DNA from: Lama glama
Lineage: Eukaryota
Direction of reading: 5' to 3'
Length of the DNA: 64,000 bases
NCBI GenBank assembly: GCA_028534125.1
Contig: CM052817.1
Coordinates: 8,992,001-9,056,000 of the forward strand
Part shown: in pieces, positions 42,785 through 57,232 of the stretch
Layout: each line of letters begins with the position of its first letter
Numbering within the stretch: the first letter of the stretch is position 1
Program-made: the position numbers and the translations under genes
The notes under the pieces: generated by a model
Database searches by the model: none
What the model was told of the DNA's origin: nothing
Seen by the model: the letters and a program-made list of their open reading frames with translations, nothing else

Positions 42785-43050
42785 GTAAATGTGGCCGAGT
42801 GGTCAATAGGACCGGATCCGCACCAGAGGACGTGAATTTGAAATCGGGCTCCACCGCTCACTGGTGTGCATGATCCCAGGTAAGCTGCTGCACTCTCATC
42901 TACCTAACCTTGTTCTCAGAGGAGAATAATAATAGTAATAGTAATCATCTCATAGGGCTATTGGGAGAGTAACAATAGCTAACATAAGAGCTTAGAATAG
43001 TAACTGACACTTGGAAAGCACTCAGCACGTGTTAGCTATTGTTATTATAA
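42785..43050 (+). mobile_element. MIR SINE with a CpG-rich head
   Basis: tggccgagtggtcaatagg head through cttagaatagtaactgacacttggaaagcactcagcacgtgttagctatt tail. Confidence 0.7.
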
Positions 43051-45305
43051 AGAATATTAAATATTTCCATCTAAACCCTCGATCACCTTGCATAGCGTGT
43101 GACTTAACTTTTTCTAGCACATTTGAAAGAGCGATCTTGTAAAATCTTCTGTATTTGGTACTTTTTGTAAGAGTAATTCCAAAGGCATTATCATAAACAT
43201 GGATTACCATTTTCTTAGCAGGGTAATAAAAAAAAACAAATGCTATTTTTCAAACTAAAGTTTAAGGCATACATTTGTCTTCTTATTCTGACTCGTTCCT
43301 CTTCTCATCATTATAGTTGGAATTTGTCGATTCTTTTGCATGTTCCAGGCCCTATGCTAATGTCTCTTTCCACTCTGATTTCTGGCTCTTGAGTCCCATT
43401 TCATGGCTTTGTATTCTGGTTCTTCTATATCCTGTCTATGTGAACCTGGAGACGTATTTACCTCTCTGTGCCTCAGTATTCACATCAGTCAAATGGGGAA
43501 CCAAACTGGGTGTAGTATTATTGGACCAGCATAACACTTTGCACGTATGAGCTCCCATTAAGTTCTAGCTAGTGTCATGACCCTGAAAGCCAGGACAATT
43601 TCTGACATCATAGCTGTTCAGTTAAGACGTGTTGAATTTACGTTCTATGAGCAATGGGAGTAAGGACTCAGAACGAGGAAAGTGCAGGGTAGATGTAAAA
43701 AATGCAGAGCTCCATGAAGCTGGAGCATGAGTTGCTCTAGCCATGAAGGCCAAAACTCTCTTCCAGATGTCAAAGCGTCCTCCTCCCAGGCGTAACCCGA
43801 AAGCCAGGCCTCCCCAGTTCACTCAGCAACTAAGGCCAATAAGCCGCCTTAATTTGGAAAATTCCACTCACGTTCCTGGTCTCTGGCTCTCCACATGTCC
43901 CCAGGGGCTTTTATGCCAGCCTTGAATCCCAAATGTTGAAGAAGAAGAAAAGAGCGGATGGAAGAAAAAAAAAGGTAGAGGAAAGGTCGGAAATTTAAAC
44001 TGAATTGTTTGGTAATGGAAAGTCCCTTTCAAGTCTCTTTAATTCTTTATTTGGATTCCATTGAGTGTGTGCCAAGAGGGAAAAGGGAAAGGTTAAATCC
44101 TTCTATCAGATCTGGCAAAGGAGCTCAGTCAAGCAGCTTAAGAGACGGATTAGCTGGCCTGCAATGCAGAAGTGTTAATATACAGGATGCCAGCAGGCCA
44201 CACAGACCCCCTCCCGCCAAGCCTTGACATCCACTGGCCCTGGGAGGGGGCCTGAAGGAGGAAATTGGTCCACAAGGTTACAGATCCCCAAGGAAGTGCT
44301 AAATGGTCCCTCGGCACAGGGGCAAACGGGGCCTTAGGTACGCTCACCCTTTGAGGATGTGAGAAAGCTTCCTATTCTCCTCCCAGAAAATTGCTCATAT
44401 ATACAAGGTTTTGTCAGAAACCTTAGGGGATTCAAGGACCTCATGTATCCCACTCACAAATTCCTGCCTTAAAACTTTGAGAATTTTTTGCTAAAAATCT
44501 TGTTTTTCACATGCTTCTTCCTGGACGGCTTCTCTGGAGTGAAAACACTTTTTTCAACCAAGATCAGATCTATAATTCAAAACGTGCTTGTCGGTGACCC
44601 AATATGTCGGTATTGAATTCAACATCAGAGGTGAGTTCAGTGGAAGAAAAAACAACATCAAAATCCCTGGTCTTTGGAAGAAATGCTGGGCTCTGCTGTT
44701 GGCTCCAGCAATCCCAAGCTGGGTAATGTTGGGAAAGTCACTTAGCCTTTCAGAGTTTCACTGTCTCCATGACTGAAACAGTGCTGTAATAGTCACCTGC
44801 CAACCTCATCAGGTTTCCATCAGGTCATACACTTCTTGTGTGGCAAAGTGATTTTCTAGTGATAAAAAGGACTATGTAAATATGAAAGGTCAGTGAGCAG
44901 CTAGCACATGGCAGACACAGGCGATGTTGAGATAAGGGGGACAAGGGTCCTTCCTCCCCTGAAGGAACTTCATGGAGTGAGAAGATGGACCAAACTTCAG
45001 TGACCACAGCCCACTGAGACAATGTGCTGTGATAAAGGTTTTATGAGGCCTCACAGGGGGAAGAATACATCACTTCGGAGAGGATCAGGAAAGGCTTTCT
45101 AAGGGAGAGAAATACCTGTGCTGAATTTCCAAAGGCAGTAAGGGTAGCCAGGTGGTAAAAGGGAGGAATTGGATATTTCAGTCAAAGGAATCATCAAGTT
45201 TAAAATCAAAGAGGAAAAGTGTGGTGGTAATTGCTAAGTATCTTATGTCATGCAGGTACGAGAACTTACAGTGTTGCTGGGGGTCTTGACTTAAAACATC
45301 AATTC

Positions 45306-45407
45306 CTTTTTTAAAAAAATTTGTATATATGTACTTTTTTTTCACTGACGTATAGTCAGTTTACAATGCTGTGTCAACTTCTGATGTACAGCATAATGCT
45401 TCAGTCA
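45306..45407 (-). mobile_element. Very short L1 3' terminal fragment
   Basis: tttttttcactgacgtatagtcagtttacaatgctgtgtcaacttctgatgtacagcataatgcttcagtca is the antisense of the L1 end seen at 46580-46650. Possible TSD CAATTC at 45300 and 45408. Confidence 0.8.
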
Positions 45408-46166
45408 CAATTCAGGGCCAGGGAAAGGAGGCTGAGATGGGAGAGAGTTTTGGGCATTTCCCTTCTTGAGTCTCCTCACTGCCCTACAGAAAGGCAGAGG
45501 TGGGCTGCCAAGAACATCCCATGTCTCCCCAGATCACTGCCCCCATCTTCTGGGGCTCTCTTGAAGGGAGATGTGACAAATGGTCACACTTCCCCTCATG
45601 CTTCAGATTCTTTTACCTTCTTTTGAGCCTTTTTCCCCAAATTTCAGATTAGAGGAAGTGCTTACTTCTTTGGGATCTTTGGGAACCTATCCCTAAATGG
45701 GGGGCCCGGGTGGACATCAGGAGAGGTGGCCCAGCTGCCCATGCTAAGAAGGCTGGGTGTTTTTTCTGCTCGAAGAACGCCCTCTAAAGTGTGCCTGAGT
45801 GCATGTGTATAAAGTCACGTGGGATCTGGAAAAGCCAGGGCAGCCAAGTACTTCTCCTATGAAGTGTTAAACTTGTGTGTGTTTTAAAGGAAATGCGTTT
45901 CTGATGTACTTAGGTTTAACATACCTAAATACTTCAAGATAGTTTCCGTCATCCAGGTTCTTAGAACTTGGATTTTTAGTCAAGTTCTCACCTTAGAAAT
46001 AGGAAGCTGCAGGTTTTTCCAAGAGTAGAAAGAGCATGAACCAGACAGAACAAAACTTCAGTTTTTTGCTTGATGCCAGGGAAAAAAAGTCCCCTAAAAT
46101 AAGCCCTTCTTTTAAATCTGCACCTGCCCTTTCTCTGTGGCTGTCCCACTCACCTTACTCATTGAC

Positions 46167-46297
46167 AGGGTGACCTCACAGATTCGGTGGCCTAGGACAG
46201 CCCCAGCTCATGCCCCCAGTCCTGGCATCATTATCTACAGTGCCCGCTTCCACACTCCAAATATCCAGGTTTGGATAGTAAATGGCATGTTCACCTA
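46167..46297 (+). mobile_element. MER94-like hAT-Blackjack element
   Basis: agggtgacc...ggacagccccag...ccaggtttggatagtaaat...tgttcaccta, with terminal inverted repeats. Confidence 0.7.
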
Positions 46298-46344
46298 ATA
46301 TAGGGCAGAGTTTTGACACACCCATTCTCTCCATCCTTCCCCTT

Positions 46345-46900
46345 TGTTACAGTCCAGATGAAATACACTGCAAGCCACAAATGTAATTGGAAGTTTTCTA
46401 GTAACCACATTCAAAAAAGTAAAAAGAAATTGGGAGTTAGAGATTTGCAGATACTAACTTCTATATATAAAATAGATAAACAACAAGTTCATACTGTATA
46501 GCACAGGGAACTATATTCAATATCTTGTAGTAACTTATGGTGAAAAAGAATATGAAGACAAATATATGTATGTTCATGTATGACTGAAGCATTATGCTGT
46601 ACACCAGAAATTGACTCAACATTGTAAACTGTCTATACTGCAATAAAAAAAATAACAGTATTAAAAAAAGGTAAAAAGAAAGAGGCAACACCAGTTAAAA
46701 TAATCTATGAAAACCTAAAATAACCAAAATATTACCATTTCATAATGTAATTAGTATACAAATATGAATGAGATACTTTACCTTCCTCTACTCATACTAA
46801 GACTTCAAAGCTTCCTGATGGCACATCTCAAGTCGAATCAGCCATATTTCAAGGGTACAACAGCCACGTGTAAAACTGCCTGCTATACTGGACCACGCAG
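46345..46900 (+). mobile_element. MER33-like hAT-Charlie element, split by an L1
   Basis: aagccacaaatgtaatt...ttttctagtaaccacattcaaaaaagtaaaaagaaa / ...gcacatctcaa...agccatatttcaag...cagccacgtg...actggaccacgcag. Confidence 0.8.
46430..46670 (+). mobile_element. Young L1 3'UTR fragment with poly-A and TSD
   Basis: ttgggagttagagatttgcag...tactgtatagcacagggaactatattcaatatcttgtag...ctatactgcaataaaaaa; TSD GTAAAAAGAAA at 46419-46429 and 46671-46681. Confidence 0.9.
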
Positions 46901-48157
46901 TTCCCGAGCAGAGCAGACTGTCACAGGGTCCCTTCCAAATGATAGCTGACAACTCCGTCTGTAAAATCTTAGTGTAAGAGGGAACATGCTACAGTTCGCA
47001 TTATTGTGGTCCCAAGGCAATAACTGAGATTCATTGCCAACTTCATCCATAACCTATAACCCATTCTAATTTTCCTGGCAAATTGTAATTCGGTTCAATT
47101 AATGGACCCTCAGTCTTTGAATTAACTCACATTTTTTAAAGTGAATGAGAAACTACAATTTTCCACTGCAAAACAAGGAAGGAAGGAAGACAGAGAGAGA
47201 GGGAGAGAAGGGAGACCTGAATTATCCATCCTTCTGGCCCCTTGCAATAGCACAATTTATTAGCCATTGAATCTATTGCACTGTCCTGTGAGTCAAGGTA
47301 TTCTGACTGCCACTCTGACTTTGCTGCACATACGGTAATTATGTCCACCTTGCTTCAGTTGTTTAGTGCTACCACCTGCCTGGCCTTCGCTATTTCAGAA
47401 ACTCACATTCCATTTGACACTAGCGAACACAGTCCATGGCAAAGTCTCTCATGGTCACGGTGGCCTACAGGGGACAGACACTATTAAACTTCTCAAAGAT
47501 CTCCCCTTTCTTAAAGCATTTCTTAGTTGGGGGAACATCCTTAATTATACATTAGAAAATGCAGTCACAATACTAAATTCTCTTCAATGTTACATGTAGG
47601 TAAAACAACAAATGTGTATAGACTTCTTAACACATACACAAAAATTAATTTGGAATAACTAATTTACTCATTCAATTCTCCCAACACTTTTGTCATTTTG
47701 AACTGAGACATTCTCAGTCTTGTACCTAGTGCAGTGGGGGCTTCATCATTTAATGAAAAGCTGGTCTCAAGGTCCTTGTCCTCAATAGAATGCCACTCTC
47801 TGATCTACTTACTCACCTAAGTCGTCAGGCTAATCTCCTGATTGTATTTTGCATTTGGGGGATCTTAAGAGAATAAAATGCTTTTTCCTGCTAATCTGTA
47901 GACCTTTGAGCTTGATGAGCACCTGCATTCTTTTCATGCCCAGCCTATATCTTATTGCAATGATAGCCAATTCAAGTTTGGATCTCGCTCAGGCTTTACC
48001 TGCTTCCTTACAGCATCACTGACATCTGTCGCTGGAAACGATAGACTTTCTCCACAACTGCCAGATTTGATTGGTGGTAAATTCAGTTCTCATGTATTAT
48101 CACTTCTTCTTCAAAGTAGGTTCCTACATGGCCATGTTCATCTATGCACATGTGTGT

Positions 48158-48202
48158 ACACACACACACACACACACACCCATGCAAACACAAACATACA
48201 CA
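48158..48202. repeat. (CA)n microsatellite
   Basis: Directly visible. Confidence 0.9.
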
Positions 48203-51200
48203 TTCTATTATTGATTCTTCTATTCTTTTGTGAATTCTTATAAAGTATGGATTTTATATGAATTCCTTTCTCTTCTCCTTTCTCTCTTCCTCTGTTCTTT
48301 TCATTTCTTCTTAGCACTGAGATTGATGCATAATAAATAGCCAATAAAGACTTCTTGGCTAATTGATGTACCAGACAAATTATAATAGAGAGCAAGATTT
48401 CTTAATCCGCTTAAAAAACTCACAACTGAACATTTAAACACTCAAGAGTAGTTTTATAACCCTAGTTGTCACTAGAATTCACACTCAACAGCCTCTCATC
48501 ATTTGTAATATGGAAAATTTTGTAACGTAAAGCTGATTCTGTTAAATGGTTAATGGCACAAAAATCACAGTGTCTCTAGAAACTTTAACTTAGAATCTCC
48601 AGATCTGAGGATAATTGGAATCACAGCTTGAATGCAACAGGGATAACTATTTGAATTTAATTTACTATTATGTGCAGTGTAAGGGCTGATTACTTTCCCC
48701 CCCAGCATTTTGGACTTTGATATAATTTCCTTTTTGTGAGCTAAATTTACTTAAGTGTCAATATTTTGCAATTCAAAGTACAAATTAACTTTATGTGTAT
48801 TTTTTCCCCTAATACAAGCAAATAAAAGCAACATTCACCAAAATTGTAAATGGTCTCTTGTTTTGCCTTTGTCCAACACTTTGCACTTGAGTTTTATTTC
48901 AGAAATATGTGTCTGTCAGCATCAGCAAACCCAGAGCATTCCTAGACCAAGAGTCTTAATTATCAAGTGGATCCTTCCATCCTTACACTGGTTTTACTCT
49001 TGGGCTCTTCCTTCTTTTTCACCTGAGAAGCCAGCGTAGTATAATCCAAAGAACATGGGGTCTGGAGAACATTCGATTTGGGACCCAGCTTTCTGTGGGA
49101 CGTTGAATGCTTACCGTGTGTTAAGCGCTGTTCTAAGCATTTATCAAACGTGATCTCACTTAATAATTGTTAAAATTTCTCATCTCCCCATTCTGAAAAA
49201 TAAGGAAAATGAGACTTAAAGAGGCCAAGTGGCATGCTTAGGATCACATGGCTAGAGAGTGAAAGCTTGATCTCAAGTCATTTAACAGAGTTCCAGTTCT
49301 ACTGCCCTTACCCTCTACCCACCGGATGCTGTAAACTGGAAGCGGCACCATTATCAGCACACGGCCTGGGAGACTGATGCAGCGACCTTACCGCTGGCTC
49401 AAGCCTGTATTGTCAGTGGATCATTATCGTCCAGACTGCTAAACTTGCCTTCTTTGTGACCTGAGAGAAAATCACCTAAAACCAGAATGTCCGCACCTTT
49501 TCAGTAACTCAGAGTCACACAGCCCTGCAAAACAAATACTGAACCAGCCACTAGCATCATTCTGCTTGCTGGGCTTACTCTTGGAAACTTGGTCAGCTGA
49601 GGATCCTATGGCATCTGGTTGACCCCACATGAGGTTCAAAGAGTCAGGGAGCGCCCCAGAGGGTAGCAAAACCAGACCTAGAGAACCAGGTTCAAAAAAT
49701 TGGCAATCCCTGACGCTCAGGACAGAGCAGGGACCCACTTGTCCAGGTCTAAGGACAATACTGTTAATCAGTCAGATGTCCAGCCGTGTGGAGGAGGCTG
49801 GTCTAAGAGCAGAGAAGAAGGATGGGAAGACCATCTTGGCGCATTCACGTTCCTACTGGCCAGACTGTCCCCGGTCCCTCCATACGACATGAAACACCTT
49901 GATGTCTTTCCACTAAGCTCACCTATTTTTGCTTAAGCAATTTCAACACAAGTACCCGTTTCTTGAAACCAAAAGAGTCCTTAAGATTGCACCAAAGAAC
50001 AATTTCATGCTGGTGATTTTTTTCCTGGGTTTGGCTTTGTTAAAAAATTCAAAGGGCTGAAGCCAATCAAATTGAGGCTGTAATACCACCAGTTAAGACA
50101 CTGCAAATGGGTTCCCATCTGCCCCTTTCTAATTGTAGGACTGTCAGCAAGTTATTTCACTTTTCTCACCTAGTCTACTCACCCTGTTTAAAATTGCAAA
50201 CATACGCACAAACACACACATGCACCAGCACTCCCTATTTTCCTTCCTTGCTTTATTTTTCCCAGAGTACTTTTTCATATTTTATATACTAAATAATTTA
50301 TGTATTCATTTTGTTAATTGCCCTTGCAACTAAAACACAATCTCCATACAGAGGCAGCTGGATCTCCCTGGTTTAGAGTGGAATTCAGTACATAGGAATT
50401 CAGTATATACTTGTGGTGGTAGTTGTTGAATGTATTATGTAGTTGATTAGACCATATCCATAGTGACCCTCTTGAGATCCTATGAACCCTGTGAGTTCAC
50501 AATGGCAGTATTAGAAAGGCCTCAGGCTAATCTGAATATCACTAGAAGCACAATGGAAATAATACATTTCAACCATCGTGATGCTTCTCTAGCACATCTA
50601 CCATCTCATTAAACAAGAGAATTTAATGCTGCTTAAAATTGCTATTTATTATCACTTTTCACTATATTCATAAATTATCTATGTCTCTTCTTTAGTAAAA
50701 ATGACAGCACCATTACCCAAAGTGCAGTTTTTTGAATGAGAAAAACAAGGGAGATGATGGAAGAAAAAACTGCAAAAGAATTATTTGGTCTGTGACTTTT
50801 CTCAAGTTAGTTAAACTTCTCAGATCATGTTCCATACTTGAAAAATGGTCATGGCATAAGACAGCACACGTATATAGCCTAGTGTGTGCTCAACAAGTGT
50901 CAGCTCCTTATTCCCTTTACATGGTGAAGAATGTCCTTTTCCAGCCCTAGAATCAAGAATTCTAAGTATGAAGCACTTTCCCACCTTGAATTATACTCTA
51001 TTGTCAGCCAAATATGTAGAAAACCTCAGATGCCTCTGGAAGAGTCAAAAGAAGTCTAGTCTTCCTTGCCAGTAATGCCATGACAGTCACCTCACCACCC
51101 CAATTAAACAACCTAACAATGACAATTGCTATTGCTAATATTATAGCCTACATCTATTGAGCAATTGCCCCCTATCAAACACTTTTCTAAGGTCTTTACC

Positions 51201-53029
51201 TATATTCATTCATGTCATCTTTATAAGACCTCACTCAATTAAGTATCACTATTAATCTCATTTTCATGTGAGAAAAGAGCTGCAAGGAGGGGTCAAATAA
51301 TCCAAGTACAAACTGTGGGCTTGCTATGCAAATGCAATTGAAGAAACTTTCCCTGTCTTTGCTTTCGGACCAGATTGCTCTTCCTAGGTCCTTATGCATA
51401 CATATTCTAGAGTTACCTCTGTGTATAGCCATCTCCAGGTAGGAATTAAACATGGAAAGTCCACATGCAAAGTGTCAATAAATTAGAGAAAGCAACTGAC
51501 CATGTCCAGAGAGGCAGGTGCCAAAGTTCAAAGATTTGGTTAAATATCTGACACTCTAACTACACAAACCAGGTCCTAAGACATCTCAGTGAAAGAGAGG
51601 ATAATAGGAGCAAAAAGAGCACTGGTGGAACCTTGCTGGACCAGCGCAGAGGTAGAGATTAGCCCCCTGCAGAGAATTAGGAATTCTATGATGCAATCCC
51701 AGCAGCTTCCTCCTCTGTGCTTATTATTAGCAGTATTGCTTGAGGCTCACTGTTAGTTATGATAGAGCCTGTCTTCCCGAAGAACCCTCCTTCCCCAACC
51801 AATTTTGGAGAAGGAGGAAAATAATTAAGTAAAATGATTTACAAATAAATTATCCAAATATAACAGCTTTGGGGAGATAAGTAAGCAATGACCATGCATC
51901 TTCTATACCTAGATGGTTGGATCTGGAGCTCTCGGAACATATCAGAAGGGATTCAGAGTCTCATCTTTCAAGGCCCAAATGCATCAGTGGTGGGAAGGGC
52001 AGTGGCTTTAGAGTCAAAAGACCAGATTTTCAGTTTGCTAGCCAGGGCTCCGTGAGCAAGTTAGAAGATTCCTGAGAGACTCATCTCTTAATGGTGAAGC
52101 CTGCTTCTCTTACTTTCTAGAGTAGGGATGGAGATTAATAAACAGCATGTATACGAAGCTCAGAGTTTCTCTAATACTCCAGATATGTCCTTTCACCTCA
52201 GGGACTCTGTAACTGTACCTCCTTCATTCCTGAATGTCCTGTTCTGCCCAGTCCCCCTCACATGGCTAACTCCATGATAATACGTATGATCCTCTATTGT
52301 AATGCCCTGTTTACATGCCTGTCTTCCAGCTCTACTGTGAACTTTACGAGGGCAAGGATGGCATCTTATTATTGCACAGTTGCAACACACAGGAGATACA
52401 TTGAAAAGTCCCACTGGGCACTTGTGATTCCAGAAATATGATAAACAAGGCATTCTAATGCTGAGAACATTGAAAATTTTAGATATGATATAGAAAGAGT
52501 TATTTTTAAATGCATCAATGGATTGACCAGCATGTAAGAATACATAAAAGTCAAAATCTAAGTGCAATAAGAGAAATTCAGAAAGTCAAGCAGAGCACTG
52601 AACTAAAATCTCATTCAGGGGTGTTTGCTGAACCCGAGTGGACTTGAGCCCTAGTTAGCAAAGAGACAAATTACAAGGTCTACCCAAAGGAAGGAGTCTT
52701 GTAGGAGATTCCCCACATGTATAAATTTGGGGCCCCCAAAACTACAACTTTAATTTAAGGATGAACACAAAATTTACTCCTAAAGGGAGTAAAAGAGTAT
52801 GTCCCAGTCTCAAACCTCTAACTCTAGGAAGGGGGAAAATGTTCCTAGAAAATTCTTTGCTACAAGTTAGTCCCCAATCAAATTTGTAGTCCCAAATCTC
52901 AGTAACTAGGTGACTTGAAAACTTCTAGCTAAAATTGGTTTAAAGTATTCTCAGATTGGCAGAACATATCAGGAGGAATCCAGCTGCAAATCAGAACTCA
53001 AATAATTATTGAATTCAGAAAATAGGAAA

Positions 53030-55100
53030 ACAGCTTTCTAACACCTCTTTCATTCAGTGTTTGTTGGGAATTCTAGAATGTTTAGGAAGACAAAAAAAAG
53101 AAACAGAGGTATAAGTTTATGAAAATAAAATAACAAAACTCTCTTTATTCATGGGTGATATGATCATCTACCCAGAAAAGCTCAAATCCACAGATTTATC
53201 ATTCAGCTTAATAGATATATTATCAGGGATTCTTGATGCAAACTAATATAAAATACTGAAAACTCAGAGAATATATTTTAAAACAGAAACAATTTGTAAT
53301 GGCATAAAATATCAAGTACCTAGACATAAATCCAGCAGAGATGGGAAGGAGTTTTATGGAAAATCTTGTAAAACTTTATTGGGAAATGTTTAAAAAAGAC
53401 CAAAATTAAAGAAGTACTATATCATGTTCATGGATAGTAAGAGTCAATATTAATGTCATTTCTTTCCAAATTGGTCTATAAATCTATAAAGTCAATGAAA
53501 TTCTAAGAACATTCCAACAGGTTATTATTAAAGAAATTGAAAAGCTGACTCAACCATTTTATGGGGAAGAGTAAATACCAAGGACAGCCAAAACACTACT
53601 GCAGAAAAATAGTGGGATTTAGCTTTCAAAATACCAAACATTATTACTAGGTGATAGTAATTAAAGCAGGCTGGTGCTGGTGCGCACATAGACAAATAAG
53701 TGTATGAGAAGAAAAAAGAGCCCAGAAGCAGGCCCACACATATATGGAAATATGATTTATGACAAGGCTAGCATTGCACATCAATGGCAAAAGATAAATT
53801 ATTCAATAAGTCATCCTGAAGGAATCGGTTATGTTCATATGGACAAAAATGAAATTGTTACCTACCATATACAAAATCAGTTCCAGGTAGATTAAATATT
53901 TAGATATAAAAAGTAAAACTATAAAACTTTTAGAACACAAAACAGAGGAACTCCAGAATATTTTTTATGACTGCTGAACAGGGAAGAGTTTCTAAACAAG
54001 AAATAGAAAGTACAAATCATGAAGAAATGATGAAGTGCTCAGCAATATTAAAAACATCTGTTCATCCAAAGACCTAATATAAAAACTGAAATGACAAACC
54101 ACAAAGTGGAAGAAGATGTTCAGGGATATATAATGACAAAATTAGTATCCAGACAGTAAATAGAATTTATATTAATCAATAAATTAAAGACAAACAACTC
54201 CATAGAAGAAAATGGGCAAAGTCTTTAATAATCACTTCACAAAAGCAGAAACTCTAATGACCAATAAAAATTTAAAGCCATTCTTCAATTCACTAGTAAT
54301 CAAAGACATGCAAACTAAAACCACAAGCAGGTACCATTTTTTCATCCATCATATTGGCAAAAATTAGTTCTCAGTTAAAAATTGAGAATATCAAGCACTG
54401 GCAAGGATGGAAAGTAGGATTGTAAATAACACTTATGTACTGCAGGTAGGTTTATAAGTGGTTATAGTTACTGTGCAAAACAAGACAACAGCATTACATT
54501 GTAATGTTGAACATGCTCAAATCCTGTGACCCTATCAGTTTCACTCCCAAATGTTTATACAACAGGGAATCTTGCCCAAGCACATCATGAGTTTATATAA
54601 TAATGTTGATAGAAGCACCAATAGCAAAAGGAAAAAAATTTAAAAGGAAGCAACTTAAATGTCCATTAGGAGGAAAAAAGGCTAAGTGAATTCTGCCATA
54701 TCTATATACAGGTATCCCAACAGCAGTGAAAAGAATAAATCATAGCTTCATAAACAAGGTGGATATATCTCAGAATATAATGTTACACAAACAAAGCAAA
54801 TAGCAGAGGATTGATAGCAATGAATTCTATTTATGCAGATGTCAAAATTACGAAAAACTAAAAAATTCTATTGTTAAGTAATGCAAACATAAATGATATA
54901 ACCATAAAAAAAAGAAAAGGAAGGTTCAACATAAACTTCAGAATTTCTATTGCCTCTAAAAGGAGAAGGACAGTATGTGGCTGCATAAGGTAAGTTTCAA
55001 AAGTATTGGGTGATGGTATCTAGATGTTAGTTTTATTGCTATTTGATATAATGTATGCATATTTTATTTTAATATTTTATTCTCTATTTAATATAAAGTT
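53030..55100 (+). mobile_element. Old L1M (ME/MC-like) ORF2 3' half and 3'UTR, heavily decayed
   Basis: ctctttattcatgggtgatatgatcatctacccagaaaa corresponds to the LFADDMI-Y-ENP reverse-transcriptase motif; ORF 53704 (SPEAGPHIYGNMIYDK) resembles ORF2. The element may extend upstream to about 52400. Confidence 0.85.
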
Positions 55101-57232
55101 TAAGACACATTGAATGTGTGAATGCCTTAATTATATACCATCTTGCATTGGAAATCACTAACTTGAGTTTGCTTTTACTAAATATTTTAGCTAATGATAT
55201 TAATAACTAGTATTTACTAAACCCTTGCCACATGCAAGGCACTGAGAAAGTACTTTGTATCTATTATGTTAATCTTCATAAAACTTTTCATCTTTAGCCC
55301 ATAATATAGATGGGAAAACTAAAGAACAGAGAGGTTAGGTACATTCCCAAGGTCTCATTGGTATTGAAATGGCCCCTGTTGGATCCCTTGAGCTCACGAA
55401 GCCTTAGCTTATAGTATTCCATGCAATGTCTAGATGCCTAACACCTACTCAGTGGTCAGTGGACTAGCAGTATGGTTCCTACTACCAAGAATCTTGAATA
55501 ACCTTGAATAACTCAATAGTCTTCTGAGGTGAGGCTTAGGGGCATGACCCCTGCGAGTAGGGGCTGATAACTAACAGGATGGATGTCACACATCTTGGGT
55601 ACTATTAAAAACGTCAACTCTTAGGATGAATACAAAACAATACAGAAGTGCATATGTTTGTTTTCTAATAGGATTATTAAAAAAAAACACCAAGCTACTC
55701 ATTTGGGTGGGGGAGGTAGAGTGAATCCACATGTACAGAGTAGTACTTCTGGGTAATAGTCACTTTCTTTGTGCTCTGTCATTTTATTTTCACCAACAAA
55801 CCATGGGCATATTTTATTTTATTGCTTTTATAGCTGAGAAAACTGAGGGGCAGTCACACTTTCTACCTCACACAAGGGCACCCATCTATCAAGGAAGAAG
55901 AGAACGGAGTTTTAATTCACTCAAGTCTGTCTCGAAAGCGATGTTTCCTCTGCAAGACCATATCAAGAAGGAAACACTATCGTGTTTCTGCTGTCAGTCT
56001 GTCCAATGGGTACAAAGTGGGGGCTACTCTGACATCTTATGTCTTATCAGCTTTGGCGTCAAATGATATATCAGGTTTGAATACAGAATTCACATGAACC
56101 TCAGTCTTTATAGTTCTCATCTGGACAATTATAATAATTAATAGTAATAATGGTAATAATAACAAAACCAACCTTACAAGATTATTATAGTGATTACAAA
56201 AACTGTCACATATAAAATGCTCTACGTCTAATAGATGTTTATACAGGTTTGTACTCTTACTCATCCCACATCTCTCTAGGTAGGAAATTAGTGAGCTGGG
56301 CTTGGATTTTCCAGTGAGTAGCTGAGAGGTCTTGCTGAATTGATTCCTCTCCTCTCGAGCTCTGTTTCCCCATCTACACCACAGTGGTAGACCAGATGAC
56401 TTTAGGAAGGGCCAACCCTAAGAGCCACAGTGGAGATTTCAAACAGGAGATGGCAAATATCCTCTATCATGTGAGAGCAGAGAAGGGAAAAAATGAACCT
56501 TGATCTATTCTCTGGTACAACAGGAAACCTAACTGTCACCACCCACTTTGCTGGAATCTGGGAAGGATTAATGAGACATAATTCTCAGTGCTCTGCCGAG
56601 AGCTATTACTGCCTTACAGAGGGAAAAATCCCATTGTTGCCAGCAAACAAGACTGAAGATTTGATGAGGTGTGAATATTTTTAGTGTAACAGTATGTAAA
56701 CACTGCTTTTTTCATCCAAGTTATCACTCTGCGCACACACCCGTATGCATTTTTATGAGGCCATTTCTCCATGGCTGTAAATATTCTGTGCTTGCCCTTT
56801 TCCAGGAGCTCCAAGAATGTGCTGACCAGAGGCCCCAGCTGAACCTCTAGGCCGATTCCTAAGGCTCACCACATTCTCCGGGAGAAATGTTAATAGGCAT
56901 ATTCACATTTCGTGCCAATGTTTGCCTTCCCTCTGGCCAACACAGATTGCATCATGCAAGGCCAGGGGCAAAAGGGGGCCTCCGTGGGAGAAGGTTCGGT
57001 CATTTCATAGTGATAAATATGAAGCAGTAACACGAGCACCACGTCATAAAAGTGGGAAAAAGGCAGGAAGCCTGATTCCAAATTGTGTCCCTGCCACACT
57101 TGCTTAAAAAGTCAGAAGAAGACTAAATCTTCAAACCAATGCTTTTTCAGTAAACAATTCCACCACTCATTCATTTGACAAGTATTTACTGGGCACACTA
57201 AGTGCCAGATACTGTGCGACTTACAAGAATAT

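Noticed and set aside
49353..49370. Second RE1-like site (tcagcacacggcctggg)
   Set aside because: Only the left half-site matches, spacing is wrong and GGACAG is absent.
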